A stretch of 64,000 bases of DNA from the NCBI GenBank assembly GCA_963665125.2, contig CAXXUK010000001.1:3656811-3720810 (forward strand), read 5' to 3'. Below the pieces are notes generated by a model, which made no database searches, was not told the origin of the DNA, and saw nothing but the letters and a program-made list of their open reading frames with translations. Position numbers and translations under genes: made by a program. The DNA is from an uncultured Desulfarculus sp. Lineage in GTDB: Bacteria; Desulfobacterota; Desulfarculia; Desulfarculales; Desulfarculaceae. Positions 1 to 10,216 of the stretch are shown here, one piece after another; the first letter of the stretch is position 1; the number at the start of each line of letters is the position of its first letter.

Positions 1-4
1 GTTT

Positions 5-877
5 GTGAAATGCCACAATATTAATGACCCCTGCATCAACCTGGACAGGAGTGCTGAACTGAAGATGGGTCTCAGGCTGGGAGCGGGAATACTGGTGGAA
101 TATGAAAATGTGAAGATGAATATGGTTTTCCTGAGCCGCCTCGACCGGATAGATTACGAGATGTTTTACGGCACTGACGCCCGGAAGAAGATTGAGCGCA
201 TCTCGAAAGTGAGAATCTATAACGACAGAGACGGGAAGGAAAAACTGCTGTTCTCCCACCTTGTGGGAAAAGACCAGTATAATTTCATAAAGGGAATTCC
301 CAGAGAGGGAACGCCTGTCAAAATCACTGTTACATCACCTCCGGATATCCCGATTATGGATTTATCCCTGCTGGAAAAATGGTCGGTAAATGACGAAATA
401 ATCTCCGGTGAAATTCTGACGATTACCTCGATGTCAGTCGCCGTAAATATACCTCCTGAAGCCTTCGAAAAGATAAATGCAGTGGAGGGGGAAAGGTTCC
501 TTCTTGAACTGGGAAAGACAAAGCACACATTTCATTACATGGTTCCTAATAGTAAATTAACTCCGGGAGATGACGGCAGGCTTCTCATCATTCAAAGCCA
601 GGTGAAGAAGGTGGAGAGGGGATATATAGATGTAATAGCGGGCGAAACCACACAATATCCCGATGATGAGTGGGAGAAGCTCGTGGGTATGCTTCATCCG
701 CCGGAAGAATACCCGTGGGTTGGTGAATTCCGTGAATACTGGGAAGCGCCGGAGCATAAGGTTCTCATATTGCAGCCCCTGCCTATAAGAGAACTGGTGG
801 GAACCCGCTATACCCTGGTACCACATGAACAGGTGGGAGGGGAAGTGAGGATTTGTAAGATGGGGAGTGAGAGGTGA
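5..877 (+). CDS. hypothetical protein (start may lie upstream of the window)
   Basis: 290-aa ORF with coding-like composition; no recognisable motif. Confidence 0.6.
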   Translation: MKCHNINDPCINLDRSAELKMGLRLGAGILVEYENVKMNMVFLSRLDRIDYEMFYGTDARKKIERISKVRIYNDRDGKEKLLFSHLVGKDQYNFIKGIPREGTPVKITVTSPPDIPIMDLSLLEKWSVNDEIISGEILTITSMSVAVNIPPEAFEKINAVEGERFLLELGKTKHTFHYMVPNSKLTPGDDGRLLIIQSQVKKVERGYIDVIAGETTQYPDDEWEKLVGMLHPPEEYPWVGEFREYWEAPEHKVLILQPLPIRELVGTRYTLVPHEQVGGEVRICKMGSER

Positions 878-972
878 GAAGTGGGAATGGGAGATTTATC
901 ACAGAGACACAGAAGGCACAAAGAGTAAATTTTGATGGGTAAGGATCTGCTTTTTGAAAGGAGTTTAGTTTA

Positions 973-1557
973 ATGAAGAGATCAGGTGTTTTTTCGAAAG
1001 AACTGAAATTAATAGTAAATCAGGGATTTCGAGCGTTTTGTACCGATTTATGCGAATATTTCCCGGATTATTTTTTCGTCAAACCGGCTTCATCGACGGG
1101 TAAATACCATCCAGATTCCAGCAATGTCCGGGGTGGTTTGGTTAATCATACGAAGGCTGCTGTATGGATAGCCGTTCATCGTATGGTTCCGGGAGCTTTG
1201 TATAGTAAATTTAGTTCGGAGAATCAGGATATTATAATAGCTTCCCTTATATTTCATGATATGGTGAAGTATGGCAATCCCAGGGCGAATGCAGAATATA
1301 CGGACGGAAGGCATCCCTTGTTGGTGCGCGCCTATGTGGAATCTTGCATCGAGAAAAATACCGGAAAATATTCTTCTGAAGTTTTAGATATGGTGGAAAA
1401 AATGCTGGTTACCATTGAGTGTCATCATGGAAATTGGAGAAATTTATACGGATCAGATGAAAAGTTGCCTGAGATGCAGAATTCTTTGCATAGGTTCGTT
1501 CATGAGTGTGATTATCTGTCCAGTTGCAAGCTGTTTAATTTTACAGGCAACCGGTAA
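973..1557 (+). CDS. HD-domain phosphohydrolase (YhaM-like)
   Basis: PASSTGKYH...GGLVNHT, IFHD, HHG and HECD motifs; RBS aaggag upstream. Confidence 0.8.
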   Translation: MKRSGVFSKELKLIVNQGFRAFCTDLCEYFPDYFFVKPASSTGKYHPDSSNVRGGLVNHTKAAVWIAVHRMVPGALYSKFSSENQDIIIASLIFHDMVKYGNPRANAEYTDGRHPLLVRAYVESCIEKNTGKYSSEVLDMVEKMLVTIECHHGNWRNLYGSDEKLPEMQNSLHRFVHECDYLSSCKLFNFTGNR

Positions 1558-1721
1558 ATATATAGCATGTAATTTTGTTTTTTTTATTTATGTGTGGATT
1601 TTTAGTTTTATATATGTTATAATAAATACTGAACAAAAAATTGTTTGCTGATGTATAAGCCAATATAAAAAAATTCAATAACTGAATTCAGGCAGATAAA
1701 ATTTTACAGGGGGGGGTTACT

Positions 1722-2369
1722 ATGAAATGGGAATGTAATAGAATCTATTTGCTCCTGCTATTGACAGTAATGCTTGCCTCTATCATACTGCCCTTTCCGG
1801 CGGAAGCGGGCTGAAGACCCTGTGCGCCCAGTTCGGGCGGTTCCAGAATTACAAGCATTCCCACATCAATGTCCAAAAAAAGTTCAAAAAAAAATTCATA
1901 CACTACTGTGAGTGAACCCCAAAAAGTTGTCAAACCCAACCATCAGAAGATTGATATCTTCGACAGGAAATTTCAGAATCCTTACCTGTCCATAAAACCG
2001 GTTCAACTTAAGAACCCTTCCTTCTATGTTAAAAATGGATATGTCATTGTTACAGCCCGCTGCAACGGCAAAGCTGACAAAGGGCCGCCCGCGATCAGGC
2101 TGGAAATAGACGGATGCGGAGGATATCTCGGTTGTTCAAAATCCCCTGAAGGAGAATATCAGGGCAACGGATTGGTCAAAGCGGGAGAGATGAAAGCCTG
2201 GAAGTATGATCTGAGGAATGTTGAGGTAGCCTGCGAAAATAAGGAAGGCAGTGAGAAAGTAAATTTCCTGAAGATTCTGCAGTCAAGGAGATCACATAAT
2301 ATTAAATGCTACATTAATGGTGACAGGTTTTCCTGGATATCTCTGTATGTCTTTCTGAAAGATTATTAA
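1722..2369 (+). CDS. putative secreted selenoprotein (in-frame TGA at 1812-1814, UxxC motif); extends ORF 1869-2369
   Basis: G-rich RBS, then ATG 1722 encoding signal peptide MKWECNRIYLLLLLTVMLASIILPFPAEA-G-[TGA]-RPC, in frame with ORF 1869-2369; hairpin CGCCC-AGTTC-GGGCG 10 nt after the TGA. Confidence 0.6.
1825..1839 (+). promoter_or_regulatory. candidate bacterial SECIS hairpin
   Basis: 5-bp GC stem with an AGUUC loop (G then U near the 5' side of the loop); loop begins 15 nt after UGA. Confidence 0.5.
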
Positions 2370-2389
2370 GCTGTTTTGAGGTTTTATTG

Positions 2390-2416
2390 CTGCCCACAAG
2401 ACTGTGGGCACTACCG
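2390..2416 (-). repeat. GTAG-type REP palindrome between convergent genes
   Basis: minus strand GTAG-TGCCCACA-GTCT-TGTGGGCA; near-identical copy at 50946-50972, degenerate copy at 28340-28365. Confidence 0.7.
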
Positions 2417-2430
2417 ATGAAATGGGGGTA

Positions 2431-4368
2431 TCAATAGTCCAATCTTCCCAAAATCTGAATTTCCAGGGGATTCAGGTTCACCTTCATAAACCTGGTAGGG
2501 CCTTTTGTTATGTATGTTCTCCATGGGTAACCGGCAGTGGAATAATCTATGACATGGTTGTAAATATTGGATTCTCCTTCTTTTCTCTCCTGAATTTCTC
2601 CGGGGAGTGAAGCTTCATTTCCTTTATTGCTGTATAGTAGTTTCATTTGCGTCCCGGGGATGTTGACGGAATATTCCACAATTACGAAGCCTTCCCATCC
2701 GTAATAGGGGTTCATATTGGCAGCGATGACAATCTCCGTGTCATTGAGTATCCTGGAGAAAGCCAGTATACCTCCGACATTGGTGGAAATGCCAAAATCG
2801 TAACTGTTACCGGAGATCTGTCTGAAATACTGTCTTCCATAGCGCAATGCAGCATGTGAAGCCCGGATCTCCGCCATGTTTTTGATTTCCTTATAATATG
2901 GGGTCTCCATATCAAATGCATTGGGCTTCCCCCAAAGGGCCTCCCTTATGTAGGTGTCGTTGTTATCCCCTTCACCGTTCAGTCCCTGCTCTGTTCCGTA
3001 ATATATGCATGGGATTCCCTGGAGTGTGAATAGGCATCCCACTGCCATTGCCAGTTTGTCTTCACATTTCTTTTCGGAATTTTTGCAGTTGAACCTGTGA
3101 TAATGTTTAATTTTCTCATTGTTTTTATAATATATGGTCTGATTGTCGTGATTATCCAGGAAAGTAACGAAAAATCGGCTTGCTTCTCCGTGGGAACTGA
3201 GATGGTTTTTCTGAACATTTTTACGGTGTTTGAAAGTCCATATTACATCTGAAGGTGCAGTTTCTCCCTTAACCGACCTGGTCAGGCTGTACATGAGGGG
3301 GAAATCCAGAGCGGCATCAACACCGATGAGCTGCTCGGCATCCTCGGCATATTTACCGATATAACCGGCAATTTTTTCCTCGCTGTCCCAGACTTCACCA
3401 AAGGTAAAAAAGTTTTTCTTTCCTGTGCTTTGTGCGAATTCCCTCATGGCATTTCCAAAGATTCTGGCGAAATCATGGGGTACGTGTTTCAATGTATCTA
3501 TTCTGAATCCGTCAATATCGAATTTTGCAATAACATACTGATAAATTTTGATGATAATCTCCTGAACCGGGTGATGATGTCCCCTTTCGTAAGAGATTTC
3601 TGTGTAATCCAGGTTCATCTCCTTGAGAGAGCTGAAATCTCCTTCTTCTTCGTGGCCTGGGAGTGCAACCCCCCTCCTGCGGAAAAAAGTATTCCGTCTT
3701 AATTCACGGGGCCGGATGGCTGCGTCGGGATGGCAGTCCACAGGCGCTTCTGTCCATTCCGGTCTGGGGACTCCAAAATCATCCCTCCAGTTAATTTCGT
3801 AGGGTTCCAGGTCGAAGTCTCTCCAGGGAGCATTATATTTGAAGTCTTTGTATTGAAAAACATTGCCGGTATGGTTGAGGACAATATCGAAAATTATATA
3901 GATTCCACGGGCATGAGCTTCGTCGATAAGCTGCAGAAGCTCTTTTTCTGCTATTTCAGGGTTGTCCTGATCCGAGCCGAATCGCGGATCCACCGATAAG
4001 AAATCCTGTATTCCATAACCGTGATATGTGTTGGGGTTATATATGCAGTTCTTCAGAACCGGGGTCATCCAAATTGCACCTACTCCCAGGTCTTTCAGGT
4101 AGTCCAGCTTTTCCCTTATCCCGTTGAAGCTTCCTCCCTGAAAACTGTTGTGGGGGCCGTCCCAGGGCAGATGCCGGGGAGGTTTCTCCGGATTATTGAA
4201 CCTATCAATCATAAGAAAATAGATCCATTTGTCCCGCCAGTCTCCGGGAGAAGGGAAGGGACATGGTATCTGAACCGTCTCCCCATTGATATTTACTTTT
4301 TTGAATCTGCGTTTCCTGGCATTTCTTATGGTTTCTTTAAACTTTTCGCTGTTTATGGAATCTGTCAT
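2431..4368 (-). CDS. alpha-amylase family glycosyl hydrolase (GH13)
   Basis: IYFLMIDRF, GGSFNGIREKLDYLKDLG, YHGY, DIVLNH, DGFRIDT, FGEV and FLDNHD conserved regions. Confidence 0.93.
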   Translation of the reverse strand: MTDSINSEKFKETIRNARKRRFKKVNINGETVQIPCPFPSPGDWRDKWIYFLMIDRFNNPEKPPRHLPWDGPHNSFQGGSFNGIREKLDYLKDLGVGAIWMTPVLKNCIYNPNTYHGYGIQDFLSVDPRFGSDQDNPEIAEKELLQLIDEAHARGIYIIFDIVLNHTGNVFQYKDFKYNAPWRDFDLEPYEINWRDDFGVPRPEWTEAPVDCHPDAAIRPRELRRNTFFRRRGVALPGHEEEGDFSSLKEMNLDYTEISYERGHHHPVQEIIIKIYQYVIAKFDIDGFRIDTLKHVPHDFARIFGNAMREFAQSTGKKNFFTFGEVWDSEEKIAGYIGKYAEDAEQLIGVDAALDFPLMYSLTRSVKGETAPSDVIWTFKHRKNVQKNHLSSHGEASRFFVTFLDNHDNQTIYYKNNEKIKHYHRFNCKNSEKKCEDKLAMAVGCLFTLQGIPCIYYGTEQGLNGEGDNNDTYIREALWGKPNAFDMETPYYKEIKNMAEIRASHAALRYGRQYFRQISGNSYDFGISTNVGGILAFSRILNDTEIVIAANMNPYYGWEGFVIVEYSVNIPGTQMKLLYSNKGNEASLPGEIQERKEGESNIYNHVIDYSTAGYPWRTYITKGPTRFMKVNLNPLEIQILGRLDY

Positions 4369-4641
4369 TTGACTCTCCCCTGCAGTTTGCCGGTGAATTT
4401 ACCGACGAAATGTTTAATAACAAAGGTTTGAAGTAACTAACAGGCAGTATGTTTCTTTGTGAAGGAATTATTATTCTGTTTAAGAACATTTTCCATAGAT
4501 GTGCCTGAATTATGAGAAAATTCAATAGATATCCGATGCAATCCTTTCAGTCTTCATGGGACTGTCCAAAAAGGTAGCGCAGATTTTTAATCATGAGGTA
4601 TATGATCGTGAAATACAATATTCATACTGCATACGGTGGCA

Positions 4642-4666
4642 AACTCAGGCAAGATGCCTGAACTGC
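4642..4666 (-). repeat. degenerate REP hairpin
   Basis: TCAGGCA-AGA-TGCCTGA, similar to the REP at 50697-50722. Confidence 0.45.
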
Positions 4667-4713
4667 TTACTTTTTATACAGCCGCATATTATATTTTGAA
4701 GAGGATGTTAAAA

Positions 4714-5898
4714 ATGAGAAGATTGTTTTTAGGGGTATTTGTGGTGATAATTCTGTTATTATCTTTTGGAATTGCGTTTGCTGTGAGGGATGATGTTTAC
4801 TCGGCGGCTATGGATGGAAATCTTGCACTGGTGAAAAAGCATATAGAGAGTAACCCTTCACTGGTGAACAGGAAAAATGTTGTGGGAAGAACCCCCATAT
4901 TCTTTGCAGCTTCACATGGTCATGCAGATATTGTGAATTACCTGATTTCTAAGGGGGCGAAAGTGAATGTAACCGATAATAATGGAAATTCACCTTTGCA
5001 TTCTGCAGCTACAGGAAGAGACTTGACAATTATTGACATCCTCATTTCACGGGGAGCCAGGATCAACAGCAGAAATAAAAACGGTGAGACTCCACTGTTA
5101 TTGGCAGTGAGCGGAGGAACCAGGGAAGAAAATATAAACCGTCTGTTATCCCGTGGTGCTGATGTCAACTCTGCCGATTCAAGAGGCGAAACTCCCCTTA
5201 TAAAAGAGATAAAGCGGGCACATAAGGATGACATAATAATTCTTCTGGTATCAAAGGGAGCAAATGTAAACAAAGGGGATGCAATGGGAAACACACCTCT
5301 TCATTATGCAGTCCGTGGTAATGACAGGCATCTGGATCGGATTAAATATCTGGTGTCTCATGGAGCAAATGTTAACGCAAAAAACAAAATGAACCAGACC
5401 CCTATGGAATTCTATCAGGTTCCACCACACAGTCAGACGGGGAAATATCTTATATCCATGGGAGCAGGGGGCAAAGTTGTTGAATCTCAGAAAAAGCAGC
5501 CCCATATCGATTTGCCTCCGCAACAGGTTGTCAAAAACTTTGTAAAAGCCTGTGAAACGGGGAACTCCAATCTTTTGAGACAATGTGTAAGTAAAAGAAG
5601 AATATCCACTGTTCCCGATAAGAATTTTAATCCCGCTTCAGGATACTGGAAATCTCTCTGGCCAAAAGGAATCAGCATAAGCAGCAGAGATTTCCCCGAC
5701 AATGCTCCGGATGGAACAGTTATTTCAGTTAGTGCCGGTACCAGGGCAACAGTCCCAAAAGGGGTTGTTTATGCAGGGAAAGAAGCAAAAGTAATGGGGA
5801 CTTTTTATCTTATAAGGGAAAACGGACAGTGGAAATATTCGGGAGAGCTATGGCATTGGGTGGTAAGCAGAATGGAGATTAGAAGAATGACAAGATGA
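4714..5898 (+). CDS. exported ankyrin-repeat protein
   Basis: signal peptide MRRLFLG...AFA, then about six G-x-TPL(H) ankyrin repeats; ATG 4714 follows gagga. Confidence 0.9.
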   Translation: MRRLFLGVFVVIILLLSFGIAFAVRDDVYSAAMDGNLALVKKHIESNPSLVNRKNVVGRTPIFFAASHGHADIVNYLISKGAKVNVTDNNGNSPLHSAATGRDLTIIDILISRGARINSRNKNGETPLLLAVSGGTREENINRLLSRGADVNSADSRGETPLIKEIKRAHKDDIIILLVSKGANVNKGDAMGNTPLHYAVRGNDRHLDRIKYLVSHGANVNAKNKMNQTPMEFYQVPPHSQTGKYLISMGAGGKVVESQKKQPHIDLPPQQVVKNFVKACETGNSNLLRQCVSKRRISTVPDKNFNPASGYWKSLWPKGISISSRDFPDNAPDGTVISVSAGTRATVPKGVVYAGKEAKVMGTFYLIRENGQWKYSGELWHWVVSRMEIRRMTR

Positions 5899-6117
5899 GT
5901 GATTGAATGGACATTTCCGACAGCAGCAAAAAAAGAAGTCAATATTTCCGGGAATAAACTTGCAGGAATCGGGTAAAAATTAACAAATTAGAATATTACA
6001 GGCAAGGGGAAAAAGCTGACGGTGAGTAAGTTTTATTTTTCCCCGGTGAAACACCTTTCGGAATGATAGTTGATTTTGATACCGTAGTGATAAAAAATCA
6101 ACCTGAGGGGGCTGTCA

Positions 6118-7263
6118 TTGAAAGATTCAGATGAAAAAGAAACAGTAAATGTTCTGCTGGTGGAAGATGATGAACTGGCGCTGCAATTGGCATCGATAAT
6201 CCTCCAGGGAATTGGGGATTTCAAGCTCCACACCGCTTTTAACGGGCAGGAAGCTCTGGAAATTATTAACTCCATTCATATCGACATGCTTATAACTGAC
6301 ATTATGATGCCTGTTATGGACGGCTTTGATTTGATTGAGCGCGTCCGTAAGATGCCCTCGATGAAGGAGAGTCAAATAATTATCATTACTTCGTTACGTT
6401 TCACCGATCAAAAAGTCAGGGGGTTTGAACTGGGAGCAAATGATTATATAACCAAACCCTTTGATCACAAAGAACTCAAAGCCAGGGTAGGAGCGGGAAT
6501 AAGGGATATTATCCTGAGAAAACAGCTGAAAAAGGCATATAAAGAGCTGGAAAAGGCATCGGAGTTCAAACGACTTCTTCTGGGAAGAGTGGCTCATGAC
6601 CTGAGAACTCCTATTTCAATAATCGAAGGCTATCTGCATATCATTAAAGATAATTATACAAGTCTTTCCCGGGATGATTTTGATACCTATTTTAATAACA
6701 TTATAAACCAGTCAAGGTTCATCAATTCCATCTGCCGCGACATACTGGATTTCACCGCCCTGGATATGGGCAAACTTACCCTGGAATTGAATCCCTATTC
6801 AATAGAAAGTGTGGTTCGTGAAGCGGTTATGCTCAATTCTCCCCAGGCAAAAGCCAGGGAAGTGGAGATAGATATTATTATCGAAAACAAACTTCCGCCG
6901 GTATTAATGGACTCTCACAGGGCAACGGGGGTTTTCTGGAACATTTTGAATAATGCTATTAAATACAGCAAAAAAGGCTCAAGAATAAAGGTCCTGATTA
7001 AACGAAACGAAGAAAAGGTTATGGTTTCTGTCGAAGATAAAGGAAGGGGAATTTCACCGGAAGCCAGGGAGCATCTCTTCTCTTTCTTCGCTAATGACAG
7101 GACTGAAGATAATACCGGTGTGGGAAGTGTTGGACTGGGTCTTGCTATCAGCAAACGGTTGATGGAGCTTCAGGGAGGGGATATCACCGTGGAAAGTGTA
7201 GAGGGTGAGGGAAGCACTTTTACAGTAACTCTTCCCGTAGCAAAATCTTCAGAAACTGAATAA
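6118..7263 (+). CDS. hybrid response regulator / histidine kinase
   Basis: receiver domain (LLVEDD, DIMMP, KPF), H-box AHDLRTP, N-box NAIKYS, DKGRG and GLGL. Confidence 0.93.
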   Translation: MKDSDEKETVNVLLVEDDELALQLASIILQGIGDFKLHTAFNGQEALEIINSIHIDMLITDIMMPVMDGFDLIERVRKMPSMKESQIIIITSLRFTDQKVRGFELGANDYITKPFDHKELKARVGAGIRDIILRKQLKKAYKELEKASEFKRLLLGRVAHDLRTPISIIEGYLHIIKDNYTSLSRDDFDTYFNNIINQSRFINSICRDILDFTALDMGKLTLELNPYSIESVVREAVMLNSPQAKAREVEIDIIIENKLPPVLMDSHRATGVFWNILNNAIKYSKKGSRIKVLIKRNEEKVMVSVEDKGRGISPEAREHLFSFFANDRTEDNTGVGSVGLGLAISKRLMELQGGDITVESVEGEGSTFTVTLPVAKSSETE

Positions 7264-7314
7264 AGAAGCTAACAACCCGGCATTCTTACCGACAGTCTTT
7301 TAGGAAGGACTTCA

Positions 7315-8376
7315 ATGTCCAAAAAAAACAGAGTAATAACCATTGGAGCAATTTTTACAGCGACTTTAATTCTGATTTCCTTTTTCTATTCAGGGAAAGA
7401 ATTTGAACCCGGAAAGACTATCGAAGGTAATAATCTGTTAAAAAATGTTTCCGTTACAAAAACCGTCAAGCTTGAATCCTCTTCGAGAAACAAAATCCCT
7501 GTTCTCCCGGCAATTACTACACCCTTCACAGAAAAGGATTATGTCAGTTTTGGCGGATTTAATGATGAAATAAGCAGGCAGATAAAGAGAATCTCAGGCT
7601 CTCCCATTCTCAAAGAAGAATATCGGGAATTTACCGTAAAAAATAACCTCCCTGTTTCAGAAAAATCATATCTCGATTTTGTGAGGGCGAAAGTTTTATT
7701 TGAAGCTTCAAGAGATTGCGGATTATGGCATATTCAGTGGAATATAACCAACCGGGAACCCAACTCGGATAATATCTGGGCACAGTGGAAAAAGCAAAAT
7801 GCTAAGGATTTTAACCGGAAAGTCACAGCCATAGCTGAATGTGATGAAATTTCAGCCCTGTATGCATTCCTGTGCAAAAAGCAGGGAGTCGGAGGAGTAG
7901 GTCTTTTCTGGCCCACAAATAATCATACGGTTGCCGTCTGGAAGTTGAAAATTTCGGTAGGAAAGGAAGTCCGTATAGTGGTTCCCACTACTCAAATATT
8001 TCTGGAAAATAAGGGACTTTTCGGAAAGACAAAATTTGACCCCTGGAAGCAGCCTGCCATTTATGATTACACTCGTGATGATGTTCCCGATTCATATCTC
8101 ATCCCTGCGGGTCTTGCCAATTTCTTTATAATTCAAATGGAAAAATACGGCGGCGCATCGGAAGAAGTGCTTCATTATCTCAGAAATATGAGGGAATCGG
8201 TATTTCTGGGCTATATCTCACAGCAGGATGCAGTATACGAAGTAACCGGTATAAGAAATGAATACCTGGAAGACATTCTCAGAAAAAAAGAAGAAAACCC
8301 CAAAATGAGGTTTTCTTATAGCGATATTTATGCAATGAATTATTTTCTGAAGGATTTTCTTCAGGCAAAACCATAA
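7315..8376 (+). CDS. exported hypothetical protein, possible transglutaminase-like Cys/His fold
   Basis: N-terminal hydrophobic segment; AECDEISALY...HTVA motif. Confidence 0.6.
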   Translation: MSKKNRVITIGAIFTATLILISFFYSGKEFEPGKTIEGNNLLKNVSVTKTVKLESSSRNKIPVLPAITTPFTEKDYVSFGGFNDEISRQIKRISGSPILKEEYREFTVKNNLPVSEKSYLDFVRAKVLFEASRDCGLWHIQWNITNREPNSDNIWAQWKKQNAKDFNRKVTAIAECDEISALYAFLCKKQGVGGVGLFWPTNNHTVAVWKLKISVGKEVRIVVPTTQIFLENKGLFGKTKFDPWKQPAIYDYTRDDVPDSYLIPAGLANFFIIQMEKYGGASEEVLHYLRNMRESVFLGYISQQDAVYEVTGIRNEYLEDILRKKEENPKMRFSYSDIYAMNYFLKDFLQAKP

Positions 8377-8385
8377 TTTCCGGTT

Positions 8386-9795
8386 TTAAATTTCTACTTT
8401 CCATTTGGTTCCCTGGGGAGTGTCCATGAGGATTATTCCCCTTGCAACCAACTGATCCCTTATCTCATCAGAGCGGGCATAGTTCTTCTCTTTTCTTGCT
8501 TTGATCCGCTCATCAATCAGATTCTGGATTTCCGCTTCCAACTCTTTTTCAACAAAGGCACGATCCATCCTGATCCCAAGGATTTGATCCAGATCCATTA
8601 TAAATTCCAGAACCTTTTTGGAATCTTCTTTTGAAAGCTTTCCTTCGTCGATGATTTTATTTACTTCTGAAATGAAGGTGAAAATCTCTGCGATAGCTTT
8701 TGGAGCATTCAGATCATCATCCATTCCTTCGATGAAGCCTTCTTTTGCTTTCGCTATTAATTCATCGATTTTACCGGTGGATTCTTCCCCTGCCATTTCC
8801 TTTGCCCTTTTCAGGAAATCATAGATGCGGTTGACGGCTTTCCAGGAGTTATCCAGGGCTTCGAAGGTGAAATCCAGTTTCTTCCGGTAATCGCTGGTTA
8901 CATACAGATAACGAACAGCAATGGGATCGTATCCTTTGCCGATAATATCTCTCAATGTGTAGAAGTTGCCCTTCGATTTCGCCATCTTGCCGCCATCGAC
9001 AAGCAGGTGTTCGCTGTGAAGCCAGTAGTTGACGAATTTCTTACCGTTTGCTGCTTCCGACTGGGCAATTTCATTTTCATGGTGAGGGAAAATATTGTCA
9101 ACTCCGCCGGTATGAATATCGAAACTGCTTCCCAGGTATTTGGAGCTCATGGCGGAGCACTCGATATGCCATCCGGGGCGTCCCTTGCCTAAATCCGTCT
9201 CCCAGAAGACATCGCCGTCATTCTCATCCCAGGCTTTCCAAAGGGCGAAATCCGACAGGTTCTCCTTGTCATATTCATCATGTTTTACGCGGGAACCGCT
9301 TATAAGATCCTCCACTTTAATGTGGGCGAGTTTACCGTAATCAGGGAATTTGGCAATGGAAAAATAGATGCTGCCATCTTCTCCCCTGTATGCGAAGCCT
9401 TTCTGCATGAGTCTTTTGATGATGCTCACCATTTCTTTGACATGTTCCGTTGCTTTGGGATATACCTCAGCCTTTTCGATGTTGAGGGTTTCCAGGTCAT
9501 CAAAAAACGAGTCAGTGTATTTCTTTGCATATTCCCCGGCGGTAATGTTCTTGCCCAGGACGGAACGGATAATCTTGTCATCCACATCGGTAATGTTCAT
9601 AACCTGTTTGACTTTAAACCCTTTATATTTAAGGTAACGCCGCAGCACATCCTCGAAGACGTAGGTGCGGAAATTGCCTATATGCGCAAAATCATAGACT
9701 GTGGGGCCGCAGGTATACATACCCACTTTACCCTCAACCATAGGTTTGAATTCTTCTTTCACTCTTGTCAATGTGTTCAATAATTGCAGTGCCAT
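8386..9795 (-). CDS. cysS: cysteine--tRNA ligase
   Basis: MYTCGPTVY, HIGN, GRPGWHIECS, FPHHENE, KMAKS. Confidence 0.98.
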   Translation of the reverse strand: MALQLLNTLTRVKEEFKPMVEGKVGMYTCGPTVYDFAHIGNFRTYVFEDVLRRYLKYKGFKVKQVMNITDVDDKIIRSVLGKNITAGEYAKKYTDSFFDDLETLNIEKAEVYPKATEHVKEMVSIIKRLMQKGFAYRGEDGSIYFSIAKFPDYGKLAHIKVEDLISGSRVKHDEYDKENLSDFALWKAWDENDGDVFWETDLGKGRPGWHIECSAMSSKYLGSSFDIHTGGVDNIFPHHENEIAQSEAANGKKFVNYWLHSEHLLVDGGKMAKSKGNFYTLRDIIGKGYDPIAVRYLYVTSDYRKKLDFTFEALDNSWKAVNRIYDFLKRAKEMAGEESTGKIDELIAKAKEGFIEGMDDDLNAPKAIAEIFTFISEVNKIIDEGKLSKEDSKKVLEFIMDLDQILGIRMDRAFVEKELEAEIQNLIDERIKARKEKNYARSDEIRDQLVARGIILMDTPQGTKWKVEI

Positions 9796-10216
9796 ATTTT
9801 CTCCTCCCTGAAGTCATGTTTTTAGCATTGTAACACAGGAGGTGGGGGGATTGTCAAGGTGGAAGGAGGAGAATACATTGATTCCAACATTCATTTCCGG
9901 ATACGGATGACCTGGTTGGAAGTTTTAGGGACAAATGTGAATAAACACTCTCTTTTTTATGGACGGATCTGCAATATTTTATGGAATTATCCCACAGAAA
10001 AGAGGTATAATAGAATTGGAATAACCGGATATTTTTTACTTCGGGTTATTTCGGTCATCGATTTCCGTAATGGAAAAGTTACTACTATTCAGCTTATGTG
10101 GGAGCAAATTCCTGGTGGCTGCCCGATAAATCATAGAATACTTATGCTTCCGGATTGTGCCATGACCCGGAGACAACCCCACATGATTGGTGTGAATAGA
10201 TTTATGGAGGAATATA

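Noticed and set aside
899..925. CACAGAG-type short repeats (also ~45557-45583)
   Set aside because: Short degenerate intergenic repeats with no assignable function from sequence alone.
1812..1814. Genome-wide UGA recoding (code 4 or 25) as the explanation for the in-frame TGA
   Set aside because: TGA ends clear genes elsewhere (mnmE FCIGK-TGA), and long genes are not interrupted by TGA.
4636..4670. c-di-GMP-I riboswitch (GGCAAAC start)
   Set aside because: Lacks the GAAA tetraloop and GACGCAAAGC elements; better explained as a degenerate REP hairpin.
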